A stretch of 64,000 nucleotides of DNA from Macrostomum hystrix (taxonomy: Eukaryota; Animalia; Platyhelminthes): contig CATNEN010000038.1 in assembly GCA_950097015.1 (NCBI GenBank), positions 24,118,001-24,182,000 on the forward strand. Direction: 5' to 3'. The notes below the pieces were generated by a model that saw only the letters and a program-made list of their open reading frames with translations, was not told the origin of the DNA and did no database searches. This document shows, piece after piece, positions 54,829 through 64,000 of this stretch. Position numbers and translations under genes: made by a program. How positions within the stretch are numbered: position 1 is the first letter of the stretch; every line of letters starts with the position of its first letter.

Positions 54829-55380
54829 GTGTCACACTCTACCCTTATCTCTCACTCTGACCCTTATCTGTCACTCTCTACCCTCATCTCTCACTCTGAT
54901 CCTTATCTGTCACCCCCCTACCCTCATCTGTCACCCTCTACCCTCATCTCTCACTCTGATCCTTATCTGTCACCCCCCTCATTTGTCACTCTGATCCTTA
55001 TCTGTCACCCCCCTACCCTCATTTGTCACTCTGGTCATTATCTGTCACCCCCTACCCTCATCTGTCACCCTCTATCCTCATCTCTCACTCTGATCCTTAT
55101 CTGTCACCCTCTATCCTCATTTGTCACTCTGATCCTTATCTGTCACCCTCTACCATCATTTGTCACTCTGATCCTTATCTGTCACCCTCTACCATCATTT
55201 GTCACTCTGATCCTTATCTGTCACCCTCTATCCTCATCTCTCACTCTGATACTTATCTGTCATTCTCGACCCTCATTTGTCACTCTGATCCTTATCTGTC
55301 ACTCTCAAACCTCATTTGTCAATCTTCACCTTCATCTGTCTGCACTATTTTCCCTCATCTGCCACTCTGATCCACATCTG
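54829..55380. repeat. Degenerate ~18-22-bp CTCATCTGTCAC/CTTATCTGTCAC minisatellite
   Basis: Seen directly. Confidence 0.9.
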
Positions 55381-55404
55381 TCTATTCTTCTATTCCTCTT
55401 GCAG

Positions 55405-55458
55405 GCTACATACTTCACATCTTGTGTGAAAAAGAAAAAATGTGAAAATTTACATTAG
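55405..55458 (+). other. Probable non-coding 5'UTR exon of gene B
   Basis: Strong acceptor (ctattcctcttgcag|) and donor (AG|GTATTT); stop codons in all three frames; candidate upstream donor GTACGT at 54761. Confidence 0.5.
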
Positions 55459-55655
55459 GTATTTGATCGAGCATCAAGCTTTTCACTTCTCAAAATATTT
55501 CGTTGTCTATGTCATAGAAGCAGTCTTATATAGCATCACAAGACAGGCATTTTCGTAACTATTGAAAGGCACTTTATAACTATCGAGCTAATTACGTTCG
55601 CGATATCGAAACCGAAGTCTTAAAATCAGGAGAAAGCTAAATCAGCGCTGAGAAC

Positions 55656-56854
55656 ATGCAAGCAGAGTCGTCAGCCTACAGGCGGCTTTTGGCTCGTATG
55701 AACGTGGCGCCTCCTGATATCTCCAACGACTACAGGAAGACTGCGAAACCCAGGCGTGGCATTTCAGCCTCCGACTGCAAGCGGCGCATCGAGTAAGATC
55801 TACATTATTCGTTGCTTATTAATTTCATCTAATGTTAGTCACTCTTCTGTCACTCTACCCAATCTGTCACACTACCCAATCTGTCACACTACCCAATCTG
55901 TCACACTACCCAATCTGTCACACTACCCAATCTGTCACACTACCCAATCTGTCACACTACCCAATCTGTCACTCTACCCAATCTGTCACTCTGCCCAATC
56001 TGTCACACTACCCAAGCTGTCACTCTAACAAATCTGTCACACTACTCAATCTGTCACACTCCCCAATCTATCACTCTACCCAATCTGTAACTCTGCCCAA
56101 TCTGTCACTCTGCCCAATCTGTCACACTACCCAATCTGTCACTCTGCCCAATCTGTAACTCTGCCCAATCTGTAACTCTGCCCAATCTGTAACTCTGCCC
56201 AATCTGTCACACTACCCAAGCTGTCACTCTAACAAATCTGTCACACTACTCAATCTGTCACACTCCCCAATCTATCACTCTACCCAATCTGTAACTCTGC
56301 CCAATCTGTCACTCTGCCCAATCTGTCACACTACCCAATCTGTCACACTACCCAATCTGTCACACTACCCAATCTGTCACTCTGCCCAATCGGTCACACT
56401 ACCCAATCTGTCACTCTGCCCAATCTATCACACTACTCAATCTGTCACACTACCTAATCTGTCACAATATCCAATCTGTCACTCTGCCTAATCTGTCACT
56501 CTACCCAATCTGTCACTCTACCCAATCTGTCACACTACCCAATCTGTCACACTACCCAATCTGTCACACTACCCAATCTGTCACTCCTACCGTTTTTGTG
56601 ACTTGAATATGATCGAGACAAGATCAAATATTTGATTTCGACCAGTTCACTTTTTCAACGATTTTTCAAGCCGAATCACGCTAGCCAAGAAGTTAACTGC
56701 AAGTCGTAAGCAGCAACAGCAGCAGCCGCAGCAAGACATAAAAAACAAAATTTGGTTACGCCTTCCGCCATTGGATTTTGACTCAGGGTCGCACGCTACT
56801 AGCTGGCTTAACGACACGTGTACTGACAATATAGTTGACGCCAGCTGCAGCTCT

Positions 56855-56930
<76 letters not shown>

Positions 56931-59900
56931 GGCAATTGTACGTGGTTTGTTCACAGTCAGTCCGGGACCTGCAGAACAACAATAGTCGTCCCAAGAGTGA
57001 CAATGAGGGTCTCATCGGCAAGCAGTTAGCCAAGTTTCTCGATGAGAAGGACGGTTTTCAACAAAACAAACCTGATGAAATAAAATCTGAGCAAGGTGAG
57101 ATTTTGACTGCCAACTAAAACATTGGATTCGCTTTTTGAAATCCGTCGAATATTGAAAACAAAACCGATTTTGATTTTTTTCAGAGGACTCTGCATCGAA
57201 CTCGGAAGGTAATTTAGGGTCATTTTTGTATCTTAAGAGGTCGAACCCATGACCTCTGGGTCAGAATCTTAAAGCTCTCAATTCAAGGCAACTAAAACAG
57301 CGCACTATTAGGTAAAAAAAGTTAACATTCTTTGACCTGCAGACGTTTCTTATTTACCGGGCGGACGCAGGGGTAAGACTTAAAAGTTTATTATTAGTAA
57401 AAAAATGCTTTTCATAACCAGTTTTTTTTTATTTCCTTGCTTCAGCCTCTTCAGTTCGGGAGAGTTTTCGGAATTCGCTCATTTTTGATAATTCGAAGGT
57501 CAAAAAGCAGGAAAATAATGGTGAGTGCATGGGTTTCAACTCTGGCATTCCATTTGATTAAGGAGGCGCTCCGTTGAACTTATGTAATGTAATGAACTAA
57601 CTGAGAAGCGAGTTTTAGCACTGCCACACTATCTTTCTATGATCTAGTAACAATGGACACCCGCTGTTTGCAGACTTGAAGCTAATAGAGGACTACGATA
57701 GGACTTTTGTTTACTCAAAACGATTGCGTGCGCTATTAAAAATGAAACACAAGGCCTTAGACTGGAGAAGCATCGAGACCAACTTTCTATTGATCAAGGC
57801 GCATGAGCATCCGACACAGACTCTGCTAGATAGATGGAGAAATGTTGACCTGGGACAACCGTACGATTCTCAGGTAATATTAAACCGTTGTTTCTGACGG
57901 TTCGTACGGGGCATCGCTGGATTACGATTTAGTGTCAGCTAAGCAGAATTGTCAGTAGTTAATTGGGGTGTCAGTTCAGTGAGGCGTGAGTTCAGTAAGG
58001 GTGTCAGTTCCGTAGGGATGTCAATTTCATTGGGGTGTGAATTCAGTATAGTGAATTTATAAGTGCATTTAGATTTACTATTCACCATAGTAAATAAAAT
58101 TATTACATTTCTACTCTCAGTAAAGTAGTTGGCATTTTTTTCTCAATCATCTTCGAACTTCAGATTCGCTTGAAGAAGCAGATTGACGACTTCAAAGAAA
58201 CCTGCGGCACCAATAAGAGGTCCGTGAAAGGACCGCAGGTGCCGGTGGTTCTGCCCAGCTGGATGCCCTTCCGATTCAGGTTCAAGAAGGAGGGAGCAAT
58301 GAAGCGCTGGAATGATTTTGTGGCCTTCAAGCAGCAGAATCAGACTGGGGGAGCGGATGTACCCAAGGTAAGGAGGTACCCGATGATGCCGATGTTTTGT
58401 GATTCTGAAAGTTGTTTTATCGAATATTGAATGAAAATTTTAGCCCAAGTTCTGGATTTTCACGACGATAGGTTTAATATTTTTAGAAGAAACGAAAAAC
58501 TAATGTTTGCTATTTAAAATAACCCCATTTGTCATGCTAGTATTAATTATAGACTTTCTAATTGATAATTCTCGAAGTAAAACGCATTTTGTTTAAGCTA
58601 TTCAATATTGTTTTTCTTTTTTAGCCCAGCCAGATGTACAGTCCAGCCTACTACGATGTTTGGACCAATTTAATAACTGTTTTTGCAAACCCGGACACCA
58701 CTGTGCTGAATATGGTGGACTCGGTTTTCGCCAAGCTCGGACTGGAAGGTCGGGCAGATTTCAAATTCACCATCGGCTGTTTTATTGGTGACAAGCGATT
58801 TGGCAAGAACAAGCCGAAGGGCGCGCCTTCAGGTATGCTTTCAACCTATCCAGCTTCCAGCCCTTCAGTTCATCTTCCAGCCCTTCAGTTCATCTTCCAG
58901 CCCTTCAGTTCATCTTCCAACCCTTCAGTTCATCTTCCAACCTATCCAGCTTCCAGCCCTTCAGTTTATCTTCCAGCCCTTCAGTTCATCTTCCAACCTA
59001 TCCAGCTTCCAGCCCTTCAGTTCATCTTCCAGCCCTTCAGTTCATCTTCCAGCCCTTCAGTTCATCTTCCAACCCTTCAGTTCATCTTCCAACCTATCCA
59101 GCTTCCAGCCCTTCAGTTTATCTTCCAGCCCTTCAGTTCATCTTCCAACCTATCCAGCTTCCAGCCCTTCAGTTCATCTTCCAGCCCTTCAGTTCATCTT
59201 CCAGCCCTTCAGTTCATCTTCCAACCCTTCAGTTCATCTTCCAACCCTTCAGTTCATCTTCCAACCCTTCAGTTCATCTTCCAACCTATCCAGCTTCCAG
59301 CCCTTCAGTTTATCTTCCAGCCCTTCAGTTCATCTTCCAACCTATCCAGCTTCCAGCCCTTCAGTTCATCTTCCAGCCCTTCAGTTCATCTTCCAGCCCT
59401 TCAGTTCATCTTCCAACCCTTCAGTTCATCTTCCAACCCTTCAGTTCATCTTCCAACCCTTCAGTTCATCTTCCAACCTATCCAGCTTCCAGCCCTTCAG
59501 TTTATCTTCCAGCCCTTCAGTTCATCTTCCAACCTATCCAGCTTCCAGCCCTTCAGTTCATCTTCCAGCCCTTCAGTTCATCTTCCAGCCCTTCAGTTCA
59601 TCTTCCAACCCTTCAGTTCATCTTCCAACCTATCCAGCTTCCAGCCCTTCAGTTTATCTTCCAGCCCTTCAGTTCATCTTCCAACCTATCCAGCTTCCAG
59701 CCCTTCAGTTCATCTTCCAGCCCTTCAGTTCATCTTCCAGCCCTTCAGTTCATCTTCCAACCCTTCAGTTCATCTTCCAACCCTTCAGTTCATCTTCCAA
59801 CCTATCCAGCTTCCAGCCCTTCAGTTTATCTTCCAGCCCTTCAGTTCATCTTCCAACCCTTCAGTTCATCTTCCAGCCCTTCAGTTCATCTTCCAACCCT

Positions 59901-62595
59901 TCAGTTCATCTTCCAACCCTTCAGTTCATCTTCCAACCTATCCAGCTTCCAGCCCTTCAGTTTATCTTCCAGCCCTTCAGTTTATCTTCCAGCCCTTCAG
60001 TTCATCTTCCAACCCTTCAGTTCATCTTCCAACCCTTCAGTTCATCTTCCAACCCTTCAGTTCATCTTCCAACCCCTACTGTTCATCTTCCAACCCCTAC
60101 TGTTCATCTTCCAGCCCTTCAGTTCATCTTCCAACCCCTACTGTTCATCTTCCAACCCCTACTGTTCATCTTCCAGCCCTTCAGTTCATCTTCCAACCCT
60201 TCAGTTCATCTTCTAGCCCTACTGTTCATCTTCCAACCACTATTGTTCATCTTCCAGCCCTTCAGTTCATCTTCCAACCCCTACTGTTCATCTTCCAGCC
60301 CTTCAGTTCATCTTCCAACCCTTCAGTTCATCTTCCAACCCTTCAGTTCATCTTCCAACCTATCCAGCTTCCAGCCCTTCAGTTTATCTTCCAGCCCTTC
60401 AGTTTATCTTCCAGCCCTTCAGTTCATCTTCCAACCCTTCAGTTCATCTTCCAACCCTTCAGTTCATCTTCCAACCCTTCAGTTCATCTTCCAACCCCTA
60501 CTGTTCATCTTCCAACCCCTACTGTTCATCTTCCAGCCCTTCAGTTCATCTTCCAACCCCTACTGTTCATCTTCCAACCCCTACTGTTCATCTTCCAGCC
60601 CTTCAGTTCATCTTCCAACCCTTCAGTTCATCTTCTAGCCCTACTGTTCATCTTCCAACCACTATTGTTCATCTTCCAGCCCTTCAGTTCATCTTCCAAC
60701 CCCTACTGTTCATCTTCCAGCCCTTCAGTTCATCTTCCAACCCCGACTGTTCATCTTCCAACCCCGACTGTTCATCTTCCAGCCCTTCAGTTCATCTTCC
60801 AACCCCGACTGTTTATCTTCCAGCCCTTCAGTTCATCTTCCAACCCCGACTGTTTATCTTCCAGCCCTTCAGTTCATCTTCCAGGCCTTCAGTTCATCTT
60901 CTAGCCCTTCAGTTCATCTTCTAGCCCTTCAGTTCATCTTCTAGCCCTTCAGTTCATTTTCCAGCCCTTCAGTTCATCTTCCAACCCTTCAGTTCATCTT
61001 CCAATCCTTCAATTCATCTTCCAATCCTTCAGTTCATCTTCCAACCCTTCAGTTCATCTTCCAACCCTTCAATTCATCTTCCAACCCCTTCAATTCATAT
61101 TCCGCCCCTTCAACTCACCCTTTCCCCACAGTCTTAGCAGTCCAAATTCCCATTTTGCCGTTCAACTTCTTTCAGTTGCCGAGGATGTTGCTATGGAGAC
61201 CCCATGCGGCGAACTGTACAAGCGTAACTGCGCCGAAATCTTTGTCAACGACAATCGCGTAGCTATGTATGAAATGTTTCCGAAATATTACAAGGGCGCC
61301 GGCGATAACAAAAAGGCCCAGAACAAGGGCAATAAAGACAAGGAGGGTAAAAATCAAAGCAATTTGCCTTCAGCGAATGCTGTCAGTGGCCCTACAGACG
61401 AAGTTGATGCAATTGTGCCCGATGCCAATGAATCTAACCCATCGCGTTCTGTGCAGTCTCCGACGATGCCAAAGATCAGACGGACCTTCAGGTACGCACA
61501 GATCCTATATATAAATACCAAATAAGTCCACGTGAAGATTCGCTTAAGACGGCCATTAACATTTTATAATCACTTCTATTTTTAACAGAGTTTTTAAAAA
61601 AAGCAAAAGTTTGAGTATGCTAAACGAAGTAGTCGATTCTATGCTGCGATCAGTTGGCGGCGACACGGCCTACAGCACCGCCAGGACCGAGGCGACATTT
61701 GAAGATGTCAAGAGTTTGACGGAAGAGGAAAAAGCGAACGACTTCGATAATGAGACGCCTGACACGATGCAGCTTGAAAAAGCTTTGGAGGAGGCTGAGT
61801 TTGAAGACGCTAACATGGGCCCAGATTTTGATAGCTCTCCATCGGCTACCAATCAGAATATCAGCATTCACGACGGCGATTCTGACGGTAAGGATTAAAG
61901 GTTTCAGTGTCTTATGATTGTTAAATGAAGAAGGGTATAGGGGCTAAATTTTTGGTCCTTCCACGCCTCTTATTGGTTTAAAGGGTAGGGGCTGACTTTG
62001 TGTTCTTCCAGTGCTCTTATTGGTTCAAAGGGTAGGGGCTGACTTTGTGGTCCTTCCAGTGCTCTTATTGGTTCAAAGGGTAGGGGCTGACTTTGTGGTC
62101 CTTCCAGTGCTCTTATTGGTTCAAAGGGTAGGGGCTGACTTTGTGGTCCTTCCAGTGCTCTTATTGGTTTAAAGGGTAGAGGCTGACTTTGTGGTCCTTC
62201 CAGTGCTCTTATTGGTTCAAAGGGTAGAGGCTGACTTTGTGGTCCTTCCAGTGCTCTTATTGGTTCAAAGGGTAGAGGCTGACTTTGTGGTCCTTCCAGT
62301 GCTCTTATTGGTTCAAAGGGTAGGGGCTGACTTTGTGGTCCTTCCAGTGCTCTTATTGGTTTAAAGGGTAGAGGCTGACTTTGTGGTCCTTCCAGTGCTC
62401 TTATTGGTTCAAAGGGTAGAGGCTGACTTTGTGGTCCTTCCAGTGCTCTTATTGGTTCAAAGGGTAGGGGCTGACTTTGTGGTCCTCGTATCAGTAGAAC
62501 GGTGAATGATGCCGAGCTACTTTGTTTTTTTTTCAGACGATTCAAGTCAAAATCTGGCAAATATGTTCAACACAATGTCACAAAAGTTAGTCTAG
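55656..62595 (+). CDS. Uncharacterised protein, paralogue B, 10 coding exons, ~648 aa (polyQ N-terminal region, shared central domain, acidic C-terminal region)
   Basis: Exons 55656-55792, 56671-57095, 57185-57208 (24-nt microexon), 57446-57520, 57674-57873, 58164-58367, 58625-58832, 61176-61491, 61589-61887, 62537-62595. All GT-AG, phases consistent, total 1947 nt ending in TAG. AATAAA at ~62986. Confidence 0.8.
55838..56586. repeat. 17-bp minisatellite CAATCTGTCACACTACC
   Basis: Seen directly. Confidence 0.95.
57234..57292 (-). mobile_element. Possible tRNA-derived SINE head fragment
   Basis: Minus strand reads GTTGCCTTGAATTGAGAGCTTTAAGATTCTGACCCAGAGGTCATGGGTTCGACC, with a variable-loop/B-box-like AGAGGTC...GGTTCGA; no complete cloverleaf. 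Confidence 0.3.
58841..61100. repeat. 20-bp pyrimidine-rich minisatellite CCCTTCAGTTCATCTTCCA(G/A), ~110 units
   Basis: Seen directly; starts ~8 bp after the donor. Confidence 0.98.
61932..62486. repeat. 48-bp minisatellite GGGTAGGGGCTGACTTTGTGGTCCTTCCAGTGCTCTTATTGGTTCAAA x~11
   Basis: Seen directly; last intron of gene B. Confidence 0.97.
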
Positions 62596-63171
62596 CAAAG
62601 TGAAGCTATGAAATATGTCTTGAGAAACTTTTTTTTCACTAGCTACGAGCTCGTACGCTGGTTTCTGGTGGTAAATTAAAATACTGGATTTAAGTTTAAA
62701 AACGCAACGCCAGCCTTAAATCGATGACGCAAAAAACCCTTCAAGTGCTTTGCTTTCCTGCTTATTGTTTATTTTGCATAACAAGTTTTTCGCTTCCTCC
62801 GAAAAATCTTTGCTACCCATATTTGCTCTTGGTAGCATTTATTTAATGAAAAATATATCTTTCCCTTCATTTGAATTTTTTTATTCATTGCTCCTAACCC
62901 ATCTCTTGCTAACTTAGTTTAATGAGACGAACCCTTCTCGAAAAGTGTGTTGCTTTGTTTACTTATCTTACTTATTTATCTTACCAATAAAATATCCAGC
63001 ATTAGATGGGGAAGCATATTAAATAATAAGATAAAATGTGTGCAAATGTACAGTGTGTTCATGCGACTAAGTAGATCAGGCTTAGATTACAGACATGTAT
63101 AAAATTTTGATTAGATTAAACTGCATAATACTTAACAGAACCAGAACAGAACAAAGAAATTCATTCAACTT

Positions 63172-63468
63172 CTTCAGCTACCGTATTGGAATAGATTAGC
63201 AATCCATCATACTCATTCAGCTACCGCATTGAAATAGATTAGCAATCCATTCTATTCCTTCAGCTACCGTATTGGAATAGATTAGCAATCCATTATACTC
63301 CTTCAGCTACCGTATTGGGATAGATTAGCAATCCATTCTATTCCTTCAGCTACTGCATGGGGATAGACTAGCAATCCATTCTATTCCTTTAGCTACTGCA
63401 TGGGGATAGACTAGCAATCCAGTATAGTCCTTCAGCGACCGTATTGGGATAGACTAGCTATCCATTCT
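63172..63468. repeat. 43-bp minisatellite CTTCAGCTACCGTATTGGAATAGATTAGCAATCCATTCTATTC x~7
   Basis: Seen directly; just downstream of the GPCR-like stop codon. Confidence 0.93.
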
Positions 63469-63490
63469 AATCTGAAAATATAAGAAGTGT

Positions 63491-64000
63491 TCACACAAGC
63501 AGCACGTCATTGACATGTTTTCTTGTCTCGACTCCTGGCGCCGGTGCCTCTAGCAACTCGCTGGCTTCTTGGTGCGTTGTGCCATCATCTGAATCTTCAT
63601 GGTCGCCGGCAGAGGCGCTGGTCAGTGACTCCGGGCGAGCTCTCAACACCTCGCTGTAGCTGCGGAAGTAGCGCGCTCTGTTATCGTTCTCATTTCGGTT
63701 TTTGTCGGCAAATTTTTGCGAATCGTTCGTTTTTCTCAATTGAATATTGTTGACACCTTTCATCTGATGCACCTGTTTAGACTTGCAGAAGCAGCAGCAG
63801 CAGCAGCAGCAGCAGCCGCAGCGGCAGCAACAGTCTAAGAATAGGCTAGCAGTCTCTATAGATCGATCTCGGCAATGAGTGATCGATTTAAAAAACATGA
63901 CTCTCTGACAGAAACGCATGCAACAAAATAACAATAACCCTGTGAGAACATTCAGCCCAATAAACAGCGCAGCCGCTATCAGTCTAGCCAGGTGTGAATT
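63491..64000 (-). CDS. 3' end of a membrane protein, probably a class-B/adhesion-like GPCR (TM7 plus Cys-rich cytoplasmic tail); begins beyond window end
   Basis: Frame is open to the window edge: NSHLARLIAAALFIGLNVLTGLLLFCCMRFCQRV...DCCCRCGCCCCCCCCFCKSK...NDVLLV*. LFIGLNVLTGLLLF resembles the class-B/adhesion TM7 motif (LFxxLNSLQGxFIF). Confidence 0.55.
   Translation of the reverse strand, partial: NSHLARLIAAALFIGLNVLTGLLLFCCMRFCQRVMFFKSITHCRDRSIETASLFLDCCCRCGCCCCCCCCFCKSKQVHQMKGVNNIQLRKTNDSQKFADKNRNENDNRARYFRSYSEVLRARPESLTSASAGDHEDSDDGTTHQEASELLEAPAPGVETRKHVNDVLLV

Noticed and set aside
57234-57292. Functional tRNA gene
   Set aside because: Only a B-box-like arm; the acceptor and anticodon stems do not pair.
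61970-62560. 196-aa minus-strand (GPQSQPLPFEPIRALE)n ORF
   Set aside because: Antisense to the gene B intron and last exon; explained by a 48-bp unit divisible by three.

Overview
Eukaryotic (animal) genomic DNA, not prokaryotic. It contains spliced GT-AG genes, and roughly half of the window (my estimate ~55%) is about 39 distinct tandem-repeat arrays; this architecture is reminiscent of Macrostomum-type flatworms (inference only). Genes reconstructed by hand: (1) the first two coding exons of a Shaw/Kv3 potassium channel on the minus strand, separated by a 16.4-kb intron; (2) a 7-exon Diego/diversin (ANKRD6-like) ankyrin-repeat gene on the plus strand; (3) an intronless 4-TM protein; (4) a partly resolved uncharacterised minus-strand gene; (5-6) two tandem, diverged paralogues (A and B) sharing an unrecognised ~230-aa domain with a possible ubiquitin-like/RA-FERM-F1 fold; (7) the 3' end of a probable class-B/adhesion-like GPCR. 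Nearly all long ORFs in the supplied track are repeat artefacts. The most striking unexplained structure is the minisatellite system. Every intron above ~400 bp carries its own private array, and removing the array often leaves a ~70-130 bp minimal intron. Arrays are oriented almost always with the G-poor strand as the sense strand. Several carry branch-point/AG|GT splice cassettes in every unit. Unrelated arrays share 8-12 bp cores, and homologous introns of the two paralogues carry different arrays.
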